Shown in pieces: positions 42,377-51,012 of a stretch of 51,012 nt of DNA (position 1 is the first letter of the stretch; each line of letters opens with the position of its first letter). The stretch is from contig PWHU01000077.1 of the NCBI GenBank assembly GCA_003555395.1, positions 1-51,012 of the forward strand, given 5' to 3'. This stretch comes from Thermoplasmata archaeon (GTDB lineage Archaea; Thermoplasmatota; Thermoplasmata; Halarchaeoplasmatales; Halarchaeoplasmataceae). The translations under genes were made by a program, and so were the position numbers. Below the pieces are notes generated by a model. That model made no database searches. It had not been told where the DNA came from and saw only the letters and a program-made list of their open reading frames with translations.

Positions 42377-42707
42377 ATTCACATCGATCGGAAAACAAGT
42401 ATTACCCCCCTGCTTATCGGCTCGGGTCTGCTTTGATCGTTCCGCCACAACTCGCTTTTTTTACAAAAAACTATCCAGTGCCCTTTTCCAACTCCCGTGT
42501 TGAACTTCTTCACCGTAATATTACACTTATCTATTTTTATTTTAAAGAATAATATAAATACTCCTGCCGCATTACTATGATCGTGAGAAAAATGATAGAA
42601 AATAAAAGATTCAAAGAAAGAAGAGCCGGATACCCGAGTTACGAACATGCGAACGAGTTATCTGTGCTGATAGGAAGAAAGTAACCGGTCAAAAACCCTT
42701 TCTTTTT

Positions 42708-44168
42708 CTAATCCTTTTTTCCTTTGGCCTGTGTGAATTCACAGCTCTTTATCTTGATGTGAGGTATGAAAGTAGGGGTGTTGACTTCCCACCATCTCAC
42801 CTGTTCTAGATCTTTTCCGATGGCTTCGATATTTTCACACATATCAAGCAGGTTCCCTTTCAGCCGTAGATTTTTGATCGGCTTTTTTATCTCGCCGTCT
42901 TTTATCAGAAAAGCAGCGTCTCTAGGTACCGTAGAGAACTCCCCCTCGGCCATATTGGTGAATCGGGTGTACCAATTGGACGTTAGATATATGGTGGGTC
43001 TGGAGCATGATGCGATGAGCTCCTCAGTGCCGTAAGAACCGGTTTTGAATCGATAGTTGGTGGGTGCAGGTAGTAGGGTCTTTGGATTTTCTTCAGTCCC
43101 GGTCATACCCATCTGCCCCAGGACCGAGTTCGAAGTGGTTCTTTCCTTCTTCCAAAATCTCAATTTGATCTTGTTCAGGAAACTCCAGAATTTAGCCGTA
43201 GAAGTGTTGTGCATGAGGGCTTTGAACTCGCCGTTTTTGACTATACTCGTTTTTTCTGAAGGCGTACCTTCATCATCGAAGGGCCTGCTGTTCAGTCCTT
43301 TTTCTACCAAGGGATCGTCGATTATGGTGAGTTCATCCGGGCCGATCTTATCGTCCATCTTTCCTTTCAAGGGACTCATGCCGCCGATGATCATTATGGG
43401 GTTTGCTCCGTTCAGAAGGTTGCCAAAAATGTTAGCCCCTACAGTGGGACTCACTATCAGGTCGTAGGTTCCCGGCTTACCGTTCTCTGCACCGGCACTC
43501 CTTTCCGCCAGCTCTCCAGCCTTTTTACCGGCTTTTTTAAACCTTTTTTCGATGTTAGAGAGGTCTCTGCTAGCCATCAGGGCCTGTCCGCTGCTCTCGT
43601 CGTCGTGAAAAGCTCTGATGGTGGCGCGGCAGAATGAAGATAAGTAATCTCCACCGTTCCCTTCACTGGTAAGAAGTCCGGTCTTACCGACTCCCGAATG
43701 CAATACACCAGCAGTTTTTTTCGCACCACCTTCGTGGGATGAATCGATCATCTTCTTTACCAGTTTTGGACCTTTCTCATTAAAATTTTTTATCTCATCA
43801 TGATAAAGGGAAAGAGAAGGATAGGACGTATGGGATCTTTCATCCATACCCCAGTAGAGTTTACTCTTGGGAAGATCATCTAAAAGTCTTACCTGTTTCG
43901 GTACTCTCTTTTTCACTTTATCCTTGCTCGGATCCTGTATACTCAACGTGTCTATCTTTCTTGTGAGAGAAAAACGTGGTTTTTTTGAGATGAATATATC
44001 CAGTGTGTAGATCTGCCACTCTTTGTTAACGTCTATAGAAGAGTTGGAAAATCTTATCTGGTGTTTTTTCTCTTCTACCAGCTTAGCTATGACATCGTCA
44101 GCTCCGGACTTCTCCGCGGTCTCGACAGCCAGCTTTAACAATTCTTTATCGAACCTTTTTCCTATCAT
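42708..44168 (-). CDS. pmbA: PmbA/TldE-family metalloprotease subunit (no HExxxH)
   Basis: 486 aa with the PmbA/TldD fold pattern. It is adjacent to and co-oriented with tldD. Confidence 0.75.
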   Translation of the reverse strand: MIGKRFDKELLKLAVETAEKSGADDVIAKLVEEKKHQIRFSNSSIDVNKEWQIYTLDIFISKKPRFSLTRKIDTLSIQDPSKDKVKKRVPKQVRLLDDLPKSKLYWGMDERSHTSYPSLSLYHDEIKNFNEKGPKLVKKMIDSSHEGGAKKTAGVLHSGVGKTGLLTSEGNGGDYLSSFCRATIRAFHDDESSGQALMASRDLSNIEKRFKKAGKKAGELAERSAGAENGKPGTYDLIVSPTVGANIFGNLLNGANPIMIIGGMSPLKGKMDDKIGPDELTIIDDPLVEKGLNSRPFDDEGTPSEKTSIVKNGEFKALMHNTSTAKFWSFLNKIKLRFWKKERTTSNSVLGQMGMTGTEENPKTLLPAPTNYRFKTGSYGTEELIASCSRPTIYLTSNWYTRFTNMAEGEFSTVPRDAAFLIKDGEIKKPIKNLRLKGNLLDMCENIEAIGKDLEQVRWWEVNTPTFIPHIKIKSCEFTQAKGKKD

Positions 44169-44172
44169 CGTA

Positions 44173-45642
44173 TCACCCGACTCTCACGTCTCTCATCCTG
44201 AGGTAAGGGCCTCCTGTAGATACGCTGACCGGCTGCATGGGATCGCTCTTTCCGCAGAAGTTCATACGGTATTCATAGTCGTCTGAGACCCCGTCGATGC
44301 TTTCCAACAGCGATGGCGTAGTCAACTCAAGAGCGGGTCTTTTGACCATCTTGTCGGTCACTTTTCCCTTCTCTATCAGATACGCTTCGAGTCCCACATA
44401 CTTGCTGTGGAATCTTCTATCGTCTATGTTCCATTCTGTAAAACTCTCGATCAGGACTCCTTTATCCACGTCTTCTATCAGTTCTTCTTTGCTCTGGTCC
44501 TTTGGTTCGAAAAACGTGTTCGACATCCTGGGGATGGGCTCTCTACTGTAGCCGGCGGAACGTGCTGCTCCATTCGATGAAGTGCCGAACACCGAGGCGA
44601 ACTCACGGTTCAAAAGAAGTTCGTTGAGGCGCCCCTCTTTTATAAGATAGCGGGGCCGAGCTTCAACACATTCGTCGTCATAAAGATAAAAACCCGGACT
44701 TCCTCTGATGGTGGGATCGTCTATGACCGAAACGGTCTCGGATCCGATCTCGACGCTACCTTTTTCTATCTCGTCAGAGTTCTCCGGACCCAACAGTTCT
44801 TTGTAGAAGGAGCCCCCGGCCTGCGCTTCTTCCCTGCCCATTATCCTGTCGCTCTCGCTGGGATGCCCTACGTTCTCGTGGGCCATTATACCGGAAACTT
44901 CCGGCCCCACTATGACGTCGATAGTATCTCTGAACTTCATACTCCGAGCTTCTAGTGCTGACTGAACCAGTTTTTCGCTTTCCCTCACGATCAGATCACG
45001 TATATTCTCTTCTTCCAACCACTCCCAACCCGAAGTTCCACCAAAACCCAGCATCCTCTGTTCCTTCTCGTCTTTCGCCTTGGCGTTCATCACGCAGAAA
45101 ATGGAGATAAAAGATCCGTCGGAATCCACCGTAGAACCTTCCGAATTGACTATATACTTTTCCGATGAGTTCATATGGAAGAAGAGTATCCTGTTCTTTA
45201 TCTTACTGCGGAGGGAAAATCCTTTAGAACCGGATTTTTTCATGTCTTTATCCAAACTTTTAACGAATCCCCGCTTTTCCTCCTTAGAGATATCGTCGAA
45301 AGGGATCTTAACCGGAACTTTCCAGCTGTCCTCCACCGCCTTTTCCTCCGAAAATCTTATAGGAACTTCTCTTTCGCTGAGTTGGGCCATCTTCGCTATG
45401 GATTCCATCCTATCTTCGATCTCTTCTTTGCTGAAAGAGCTCACCGAACCGAACCCGAGGCAGCCGTCTATCAAGATCCTCAAGCCGATCCCTCTGCTGG
45501 GTTTTTCCTGTATGCTCAGGAACTCACCGTTCCTGGCAAAGTAATTTTCGTTAACTGAATCTATGAAGCGGGCTTCTACGTGTTCCGCTCCCAGCGACCT
45601 TCCGTATTCAACGGCATGTTCTGCCAGAGTCCTTCCGTCCAT
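44173..45642 (-). CDS. tldD: TldD-family metalloprotease
   Basis: 489 aa with an HExxxH site in GIMAHENVGHPSE. Confidence 0.85.
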   Translation of the reverse strand: MDGRTLAEHAVEYGRSLGAEHVEARFIDSVNENYFARNGEFLSIQEKPSRGIGLRILIDGCLGFGSVSSFSKEEIEDRMESIAKMAQLSEREVPIRFSEEKAVEDSWKVPVKIPFDDISKEEKRGFVKSLDKDMKKSGSKGFSLRSKIKNRILFFHMNSSEKYIVNSEGSTVDSDGSFISIFCVMNAKAKDEKEQRMLGFGGTSGWEWLEEENIRDLIVRESEKLVQSALEARSMKFRDTIDVIVGPEVSGIMAHENVGHPSESDRIMGREEAQAGGSFYKELLGPENSDEIEKGSVEIGSETVSVIDDPTIRGSPGFYLYDDECVEARPRYLIKEGRLNELLLNREFASVFGTSSNGAARSAGYSREPIPRMSNTFFEPKDQSKEELIEDVDKGVLIESFTEWNIDDRRFHSKYVGLEAYLIEKGKVTDKMVKRPALELTTPSLLESIDGVSDDYEYRMNFCGKSDPMQPVSVSTGGPYLRMRDVRVG

Positions 45643-45756
45643 ATCTCCGACCTCCAGATATAAATATCACGCATATGTTTATAACTTCTGAACATATAAG
45701 AGTTCTGTCCAAAATAAAATAAGAAAAAAGAGTTTTTGATAATTCACTGAGTTCGA

Positions 45757-45951
45757 TCATTCCAGCTTTTTAACGTTAACGGCTCTAGGTCCTCTATCGC
45801 TCTGTTCTGTTTCGAATTCGACCATATCGCCTTCGCTCAAATAGTTACCTTCTATATCGCTTCTGTGAACGAACAAATCTTCATCACCTTCATCAGGTTT
45901 GATGAATCCAAAATTTTTCATGGTATTGTAGAACTTTACTTCTCCTTTCAT
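45757..45951 (-). CDS. cspA: Cold-shock domain protein
   Basis: 64 aa: MKGEVKFYNTMKNFGFIKPDEGDEDLFVHRSDI, with RNP1-like NFGFI and RNP2-like LFVHR. Confidence 0.9.
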   Translation of the reverse strand: MKGEVKFYNTMKNFGFIKPDEGDEDLFVHRSDIEGNYLSEGDMVEFETEQSDRGPRAVNVKKLE

Positions 45952-45957
45952 ATCTAG

Positions 45958-45967
45958 TTCACCTCCT
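45958..45967 (-). promoter_or_regulatory. Strong Shine-Dalgarno site (AAGGAGGTGA) 6 nt upstream of the csp ATG
   Basis: Reverse complement of TCACCTCCTT at 45958..45967. Confidence 0.6.
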
Positions 45968-46089
45968 TTATTTTCTTTCTACTGCTCATCGTGTAACGCT
46001 TCTACAAGCTGCTAGCATATATAGTTATGGTATTGGTATGGTCTTGGATGTTTCGAAAAGGTATAATAAGCCTTGTTCGATGAAAGAAT

Positions 46090-46509
46090 ATGTATCGAAG
46101 AGTCATCGTACCCACCGACGGATCGGAATTGGCCATGAAAGGCGTCAAGGAAGGCATGAAGTTGGCCAGATATTTAGATATCCCTGTAACGGCTGTACAC
46201 GTAGTAGATATAGGAGATATATCTCTAACGGGAAAGATGGAAGAAAGTCTCAGGAAGTCCGCTGAAAATATACTGCGGGAAGTAGAAGATTTAGCAGAAG
46301 AGTTAGAAGTCGAGATAGAATCGAAGACCTTTAAAGGTACGCCCTACAAAAGGATATCAGAATATGCCCAGAAAGACGACGTTATATACATATCGTCTCA
46401 CGGCAGTTCTGGATTTCGAGAACTATTCATGGGGAGCACCACGCAGCGCCTTCTGAATCATGCGGACTGTACCGTTTCCGTGGTAAAAGGAACACCGGGA
46501 AAGATCTGA
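46090..46509 (+). CDS. Universal stress protein (UspA family)
   Basis: 139 aa with RVIVPTDGSE, the ATP-binding-type motif SSHGSSGFRELFMGSTTQRLL, and CTVSVV. Confidence 0.85.
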   Translation: MYRRVIVPTDGSELAMKGVKEGMKLARYLDIPVTAVHVVDIGDISLTGKMEESLRKSAENILREVEDLAEELEVEIESKTFKGTPYKRISEYAQKDDVIYISSHGSSGFRELFMGSTTQRLLNHADCTVSVVKGTPGKI

Positions 46510-46558
46510 AGCGTCACCTCGAGAATAGGTTTTAGACGGCCTGCGCGGAGGAAAAAAG

Positions 46559-49225
46559 ATGAAAATAGAAAAAAGTGTGACTTTGTGTTTGGGTTTGTTG
46601 TTAGTGACGAGTGTTTTCTGCTTTGCTTTTTGTTCTGAAGTTGGAACGGACGAAGTCGAGGCCGTATCCGATGAAAGGATCGGGGACGAAATTGAAGAGG
46701 ATCCAAAGCAGATAGAAGACATCCATGACCTGCAGGAGATGGATCAGGGATTGGACGCGCATTACGTGATCATAGACGATATAGACGCAAGCGAAACCTA
46801 TGATTGGAACTCGGGCGGATTCGAACCCGTAGGAGATGAAGACGAGCCGTTCACCGGAACATTGGATGGTCAAGGGTTCAAGATCACCGAACTGTTCGTC
46901 GACCGTCCAGATTCGAATTACGTCGGCCTGTTCGGAAATTTGGGAGATGCGGCGCAGGTGAGCGGCGTGACCCTCGAGGATGTAGATATCACTGGAAAGT
47001 ACTACGTTGGTGCCCTAGCCGGATTCAACTCCGGGTCGGTATCCGATTCAAGTTCGTCAGGAAGAGTAGAAGGAAACGACAACGTAGGCGGTCTCGTAGG
47101 GAGGAACTACGGCGGACTGTTGAACGCGCACTCGAAGGCGGATGTGACGGGTTTCGGCAGAGTTGGCGGTCTCGTAGGTAGAAACGACGGCGAAACAACG
47201 AACTCCTATGCAAAAGGGGATGTTGACGGGAGCCTGGAGATCGGCGGCCTATCGGGAACAAACCATCACAGGATATCCTACTCCTATGCAACGGGTGGTA
47301 TAACCGGGGATTTTGCAGTCGGTGGATTAGTTGGACTCAGCCACAGCAGTGTTACCACATCTTACGCGATGGGAAGCGTCGTCGGATCGGAAGAACGTGT
47401 AGGTGGTCTGGTAGGATACAATTACTACGGCACGGTATCCGACTCCTACGCTGAAGGAAGTGTTGATGGAAACTACCGAGTAGGCGGTCTCGTAGGGCTC
47501 ACCCGTGGCGAGGTGAAAAACTCGTATTCGATAGCGAGCGTTACCGAAACCGGTGATATGATAGGTGGTCTGGTAGGAGAGGATACGGAAACGGTAGTAT
47601 CAAACGGTTTCTGGGACGTCGAGGCTTCTGGCATGGATGCCAGCGACGGCGGTACGGGTAAAAGCACGGCGGAGATGAAAGACGTCGCTACTTATACGGA
47701 CACATCAACTGCAGGATTAAGCGAGCCCTGGGACTTTGTTGGAGACCCCAACGACGACGAAGGCGATGAAAACATCTGGGATATCGACGAAGATGAGGAA
47801 CTCAATCATGGATATCCTTTCTTGGCTTGGAAAGAAGATCCGGTCGAATACAATCTGACCGTCGATATAGAAGGTGAAGGTTTGGTAAGAGTCGAAGGGC
47901 AAGAGATAGCGGATGGTTGGACCGAAGAGTTTGAGGAAGGAGAAGAACTGACCGTTGAAGCGATAGAAGATAAGGAGGGCTGGTATTTTGCTGAGTGGAT
48001 CGGGGACGTACCCGAGAGCGAGAAAGAGAAATCAGAGATAACAGTAGAGATGAACGATGACAAGGAGATAACGGCTTCTTTCCAAGAGTATACAGAACAT
48101 TACGATCTCACGATAAATATAGATGGAGAAGGATCAGTGGAGATCGACGGAGAAGAAGTCGAAGACGGTCGGACAAAAACATACGAAGAAGGAACTGAGG
48201 TAGAGCTGCAAGCGAAGCCTGGTGAAGACCGGTATTTTGTTAATTGGACAGGCGACCATGAAAGCGATGAGGAGGAGATAACAGTGACCATGGACGAAGA
48301 TAAGGAGATAACCGCGCATTTCGAAGAAGAGGCAGCGGTATATCACGAACTAACTGTAAACGTAGAGGGCCAAGGCCAAGTGGAAAAAGAGCCTGAGCGG
48401 GAAAAATACCAGGAAGGTACGGAAGTGATCTTGAAAGCTGTCGCAGACGTAGATTGGCGTTTCGATAGATGGTCGGGAGATGTTCCGGGAGGAGAGGAAG
48501 AAGATAGTGAGACCGATATGATAATGGACCAAGATAAAAATATCACGGCTAACTTCTTGCGCGAGCCTTACTTCGAAGTGGATATAGTCGATCACTGCCA
48601 AGAGGTTAAAGAAGGGGAATTCGTCGTGATCGATTACATCGTGGTCAACACGGGAGATATCGAAGATACGCAGGAGGTAGGGCTTACGGTTTCAGGTGAG
48701 TTGAAAAAGATAGAGGATGTTAGTCTAACAGGAGGTTCGGAGTTCTCAGGAGAATTCATATGGCCCACTGAGGAAGAAGATGCCGGTGTATATGAATTGA
48801 GTGTGGCCAGCGCGGACGACGAAGAAGCGGTGAACGTCACCGTATTAAGAGATGCATTTTTTGAAGTGGAGATCGTTGATCACCACGACGAAGCGCTTGA
48901 ACAGGTAACCGTAGGATACGAGGTGACCAACACCGGTGGTGTGGAGGCAGAGCAAACCATAGAGATCAAAGTCAACGACGAAGTTGAAGAAAGAGTAGAG
49001 ATCGTTCTCGGTCCTGGAGAAAAATTTGAAGACGACTTCGTCCTGCGGTCCGAAGATCCGGGAGAATACTTACTTCAGATATCGAGCGAAGACGAAGATG
49101 ACGAGGTCATCGTGAATATAGAGGAAGGAGAAGAAGGCATACCTGGTTTTTTGGCTATACTTTTCGCGCTAGTTGTGATAGCTGCATCAGCCGTTATAAT
49201 CATTTACAAAAAGAAAAAACAGTGA
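46559..49225 (+). CDS. Secreted surface protein: GLUG repeats, InlB B-repeat-like domains, CARDB-like domains, PGF-CTERM anchor
   Basis: A signal peptide is followed by at least 7 GLUG motifs (VGGLVGRNYG, VGGLVGRNDG, IGGLSGTNHH, VGGLVGLSHS, VGGLVGYNYYG, VGGLVGLTRG, IGGLVGED). Next come four Y(N/D/H)LT(V/I)...W(I/T/S)GD repeats and two CARDB-like FEV(D/E)IVDH modules. The C-terminus is GIPGFLAILFALVVIAASAVIIIYKKKKQ. Confidence 0.85.
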   Translation: MKIEKSVTLCLGLLLVTSVFCFAFCSEVGTDEVEAVSDERIGDEIEEDPKQIEDIHDLQEMDQGLDAHYVIIDDIDASETYDWNSGGFEPVGDEDEPFTGTLDGQGFKITELFVDRPDSNYVGLFGNLGDAAQVSGVTLEDVDITGKYYVGALAGFNSGSVSDSSSSGRVEGNDNVGGLVGRNYGGLLNAHSKADVTGFGRVGGLVGRNDGETTNSYAKGDVDGSLEIGGLSGTNHHRISYSYATGGITGDFAVGGLVGLSHSSVTTSYAMGSVVGSEERVGGLVGYNYYGTVSDSYAEGSVDGNYRVGGLVGLTRGEVKNSYSIASVTETGDMIGGLVGEDTETVVSNGFWDVEASGMDASDGGTGKSTAEMKDVATYTDTSTAGLSEPWDFVGDPNDDEGDENIWDIDEDEELNHGYPFLAWKEDPVEYNLTVDIEGEGLVRVEGQEIADGWTEEFEEGEELTVEAIEDKEGWYFAEWIGDVPESEKEKSEITVEMNDDKEITASFQEYTEHYDLTINIDGEGSVEIDGEEVEDGRTKTYEEGTEVELQAKPGEDRYFVNWTGDHESDEEEITVTMDEDKEITAHFEEEAAVYHELTVNVEGQGQVEKEPEREKYQEGTEVILKAVADVDWRFDRWSGDVPGGEEEDSETDMIMDQDKNITANFLREPYFEVDIVDHCQEVKEGEFVVIDYIVVNTGDIEDTQEVGLTVSGELKKIEDVSLTGGSEFSGEFIWPTEEEDAGVYELSVASADDEEAVNVTVLRDAFFEVEIVDHHDEALEQVTVGYEVTNTGGVEAEQTIEIKVNDEVEERVEIVLGPGEKFEDDFVLRSEDPGEYLLQISSEDEDDEVIVNIEEGEEGIPGFLAILFALVVIAASAVIIIYKKKKQ

Positions 49226-49326
49226 AGGGTACTTCCCGTTTTGACCTCATTTTCCGACTCACAGAAAGATTTATCAAAATCGTACCCTCTTTATTCTCGA
49301 CCTGAAAAAACCTGAGGTGTGATGCG

Positions 49327-50754
49327 TTGTCCCCTAAAAAAGATGTGAAGAAGGAAAGCAGTGGAAAAGTGGATAAAGTGATAGATAAGCTCTCTAGATC
49401 TCTGGGAGATGACAAGTTATCTACCAAGAGAGCGGACCTTCTCTCTTACAGCCACGATTATTGGCCCATATACCTGCACTGGATACTGAAAGACAAGTAC
49501 CCCTCGCTGCCGGATGCGGTGGCATGGCCCGAAAGCAAGGAACAAGTAAAGGATATAGTGAGATGGTGTTACAGGGGCAAGGTGCCCATTTATCCGTATG
49601 GCGGAGGTTCTGGAGTTTTGGGGGCGGCTGTACCTGAATCGGGAGGTATAGTAGTAGACTTGAAAAGGATGCGTTCATTAAATATAAGCGAAGAAGACCT
49701 GTTAGTGGAAGCCGAAAGCGGTTTGAACGGCTATTACCTAGAGGACAGCTTAAATGAAGAGGGATATACCATGGGAAACATACCCCAATCTCTTTATCCT
49801 TCAACGGTAGGAGGTTGGGTAGGAACTAAAGCACTGGGACAATTTTCAACAAAGTACGGCGGTATAGAAGACATGCTGAAGGGGATAGAAGTGGTTGTTC
49901 CGCCGGGAAGATCGATAGAGCTCAAGCCTCATCCACGGACTTCGACGGGCCCGGATCTGAGAAAACTGTTCGCAGGTGCTGAAGGCACCATGGGTATAAT
50001 GACCAAAGGTTGGTTCAAGATATGGCCCGAACCGCAGAAAAGGATAAAGATATCCTACGCGTCGGAGAGCCTCGAGGACGCTGTAAGATCGATAAGGGAT
50101 GTGATGAGGAGAGGGGCCGAACCCGCGGTTATCAGGATATACGACAGTATAGAGACTAAAAGGCATTTTTACGAGTATGAAGACATATATGGGAAAATAG
50201 CTACGGTCTTGGTGATAGAAGGTGACGAAAAGATCGCTAAAGCGGAAAGCGAGGTGGTCCGTGAAGAGTTCATCGGCGAGGAAAAAGGCGAAGAGCCGGT
50301 AGATCACTGGTTGGAGACCAGATTCAACGTTAAAGAAGCACCTCAATTCGTTCCCATGGGTGTGGTCTTCGACACCATCGAGGTGGCTGTAAAATGGTCC
50401 GACGCCATGGACCTTTATCACAACGTGGTTGAGTCTATCAGGCCTATAAAAGGCGTACTTTTCGCCTCGGCTCACGCATCCCATTTTTATCCCCAGGGCA
50501 TCTGCTTCTACTTCACCTTCGCAGGTATACCTCCTAGGAGAAAGGATGCGGAAGAGTTCTACCAGGAGGCTTGGATGGAAGCCATGAACGCGGTCCTGAA
50601 ATCAAACGGGACCATAAGCCATCATCACGGTATAGGAAGGCAGAGACGAGATTGGATGTATGGGGAGCTTGGAGAGGCTTACAATCTTTTGAAGGAGATC
50701 AAAGATAGAGTGGATAAAAGGGGTATAATGAATCCCGGAAACATGGGGTTGTAA
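49327..50754 (+). CDS. FAD-linked oxidase (GlcD / D-lactate dehydrogenase-like)
   Basis: PCMH-type FAD-binding domain (PIYPYGGGSGVLGAAVPESGGIVVDLKRM, GAEGTMGIMT) and C-terminal GTISHHHGIG. The TTG start has GAGGTG about 6 nt upstream. Confidence 0.85.
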   Translation: MSPKKDVKKESSGKVDKVIDKLSRSLGDDKLSTKRADLLSYSHDYWPIYLHWILKDKYPSLPDAVAWPESKEQVKDIVRWCYRGKVPIYPYGGGSGVLGAAVPESGGIVVDLKRMRSLNISEEDLLVEAESGLNGYYLEDSLNEEGYTMGNIPQSLYPSTVGGWVGTKALGQFSTKYGGIEDMLKGIEVVVPPGRSIELKPHPRTSTGPDLRKLFAGAEGTMGIMTKGWFKIWPEPQKRIKISYASESLEDAVRSIRDVMRRGAEPAVIRIYDSIETKRHFYEYEDIYGKIATVLVIEGDEKIAKAESEVVREEFIGEEKGEEPVDHWLETRFNVKEAPQFVPMGVVFDTIEVAVKWSDAMDLYHNVVESIRPIKGVLFASAHASHFYPQGICFYFTFAGIPPRRKDAEEFYQEAWMEAMNAVLKSNGTISHHHGIGRQRRDWMYGELGEAYNLLKEIKDRVDKRGIMNPGNMGL

Positions 50755-50756
50755 AC

Positions 50757-51012
50757 ATGCCGGACGAGATGGACTGGTTGAAGGACGAGATGTCCGGGAT
50801 ATCCAAACTCACCAAGTTTTCCACGGTGATGAAATTTTTGAAAGGAAAAGTTTCGGGGCCCGACGACGTAACAAAATGTTCCATGTGCCCCAACATGTGC
50901 AGGCACGCCTGTCCCGTAAGTATAGTTGATGGGAAGGAAACCACGTCTCCCGCCGGAAAATCTAGAGTCGGTATGATGTTAGAAGGCAGCGTTCTACGTA
51001 TGGTAAAAGAGA
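50757..51012 (+). CDS. Fe-S cluster-binding oxidoreductase subunit (GlcF/HdrD-like), 3'-truncated by the window edge
   Basis: Not in the track because there is no stop. My own translation from ATG 50757: MPDEMDWLKDEMSGISKLTKFSTVMKFLKGKVSGPDDVTKCSMCPNMCRHACPVSIVDGKETTSPAGKSRVG..., with a cysteine cluster CSMCPNMCRHACP. It starts 2 nt after the GlcD-like stop. Confidence 0.65.
   Translation, partial: MPDEMDWLKDEMSGISKLTKFSTVMKFLKGKVSGPDDVTKCSMCPNMCRHACPVSIVDGKETTSPAGKSRVGMMLEGSVLRMVKE

Noticed and set aside
42379-42648. 89-aa minus-strand ORF in the ArsR/pmbA spacer.
   Set aside because: It is F/K-rich and basic, spans an A/T-rich promoter-like block, and has no motifs. The region is reported as a finding instead.

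Overview
The window is a 51 kb archaeal chromosomal segment. Archaeal markers are two tRNA genes with introns at the canonical 37/38 position, fibrillarin, isopentenyl-phosphate kinase, archaeosine synthase, a form III RuBisCO / AMP phosphorylase / ribose-1,5-bisphosphate isomerase operon, and a PGF-CTERM sorting signal. I count about 50 protein genes at roughly 90 percent coding density. Many adjacent genes overlap by 4 nt (ATGA), and several convergent gene pairs nearly abut. Proteins are strikingly D/E-rich, which suggests a salt-in halophile; I cannot assign a lineage from sequence alone. Housekeeping content: nadA-nadB-nadC, ipk-fni-idsA, thiC, moaE, arcS, flpA, tldD/pmbA, cspA, a universal stress protein, and a GlcD/GlcF-like oxidase pair. 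I found no rRNA, CRISPR array, transposase or integrase. Loci most worth a second look, none of which can be called novel without database and structure searches: (1) a DnaA-type AAA+ module fused to a DUF835 domain, with no DnaA DNA-binding domain IV (442..2109); (2) a 997-aa single-pass membrane protein with Ig-like ectodomains and a cytoplasmic tail carrying a C4HC3 cross-brace-like zinc finger, six near-identical 57-nt coding repeats and a C-terminal zinc ribbon (29651..32644); (3) a four-gene DUF4129/DUF58 membrane operon without the usual MoxR ATPase (36952..40340); (4) a divergent pair in which a bactofilin-like protein and an ArsR-type regulator both carry SHOCT-like motifs (40943..42376); (5) the AMP-salvage RuBisCO operon apparently extended upstream by a HAD phosphatase and a hyperacidic double-zinc-ribbon coiled-coil protein (20694..27297); (6) a tandemly duplicated, hairpin-containing leader unit upstream of an intron-containing tRNA-Glu (6197..6302).
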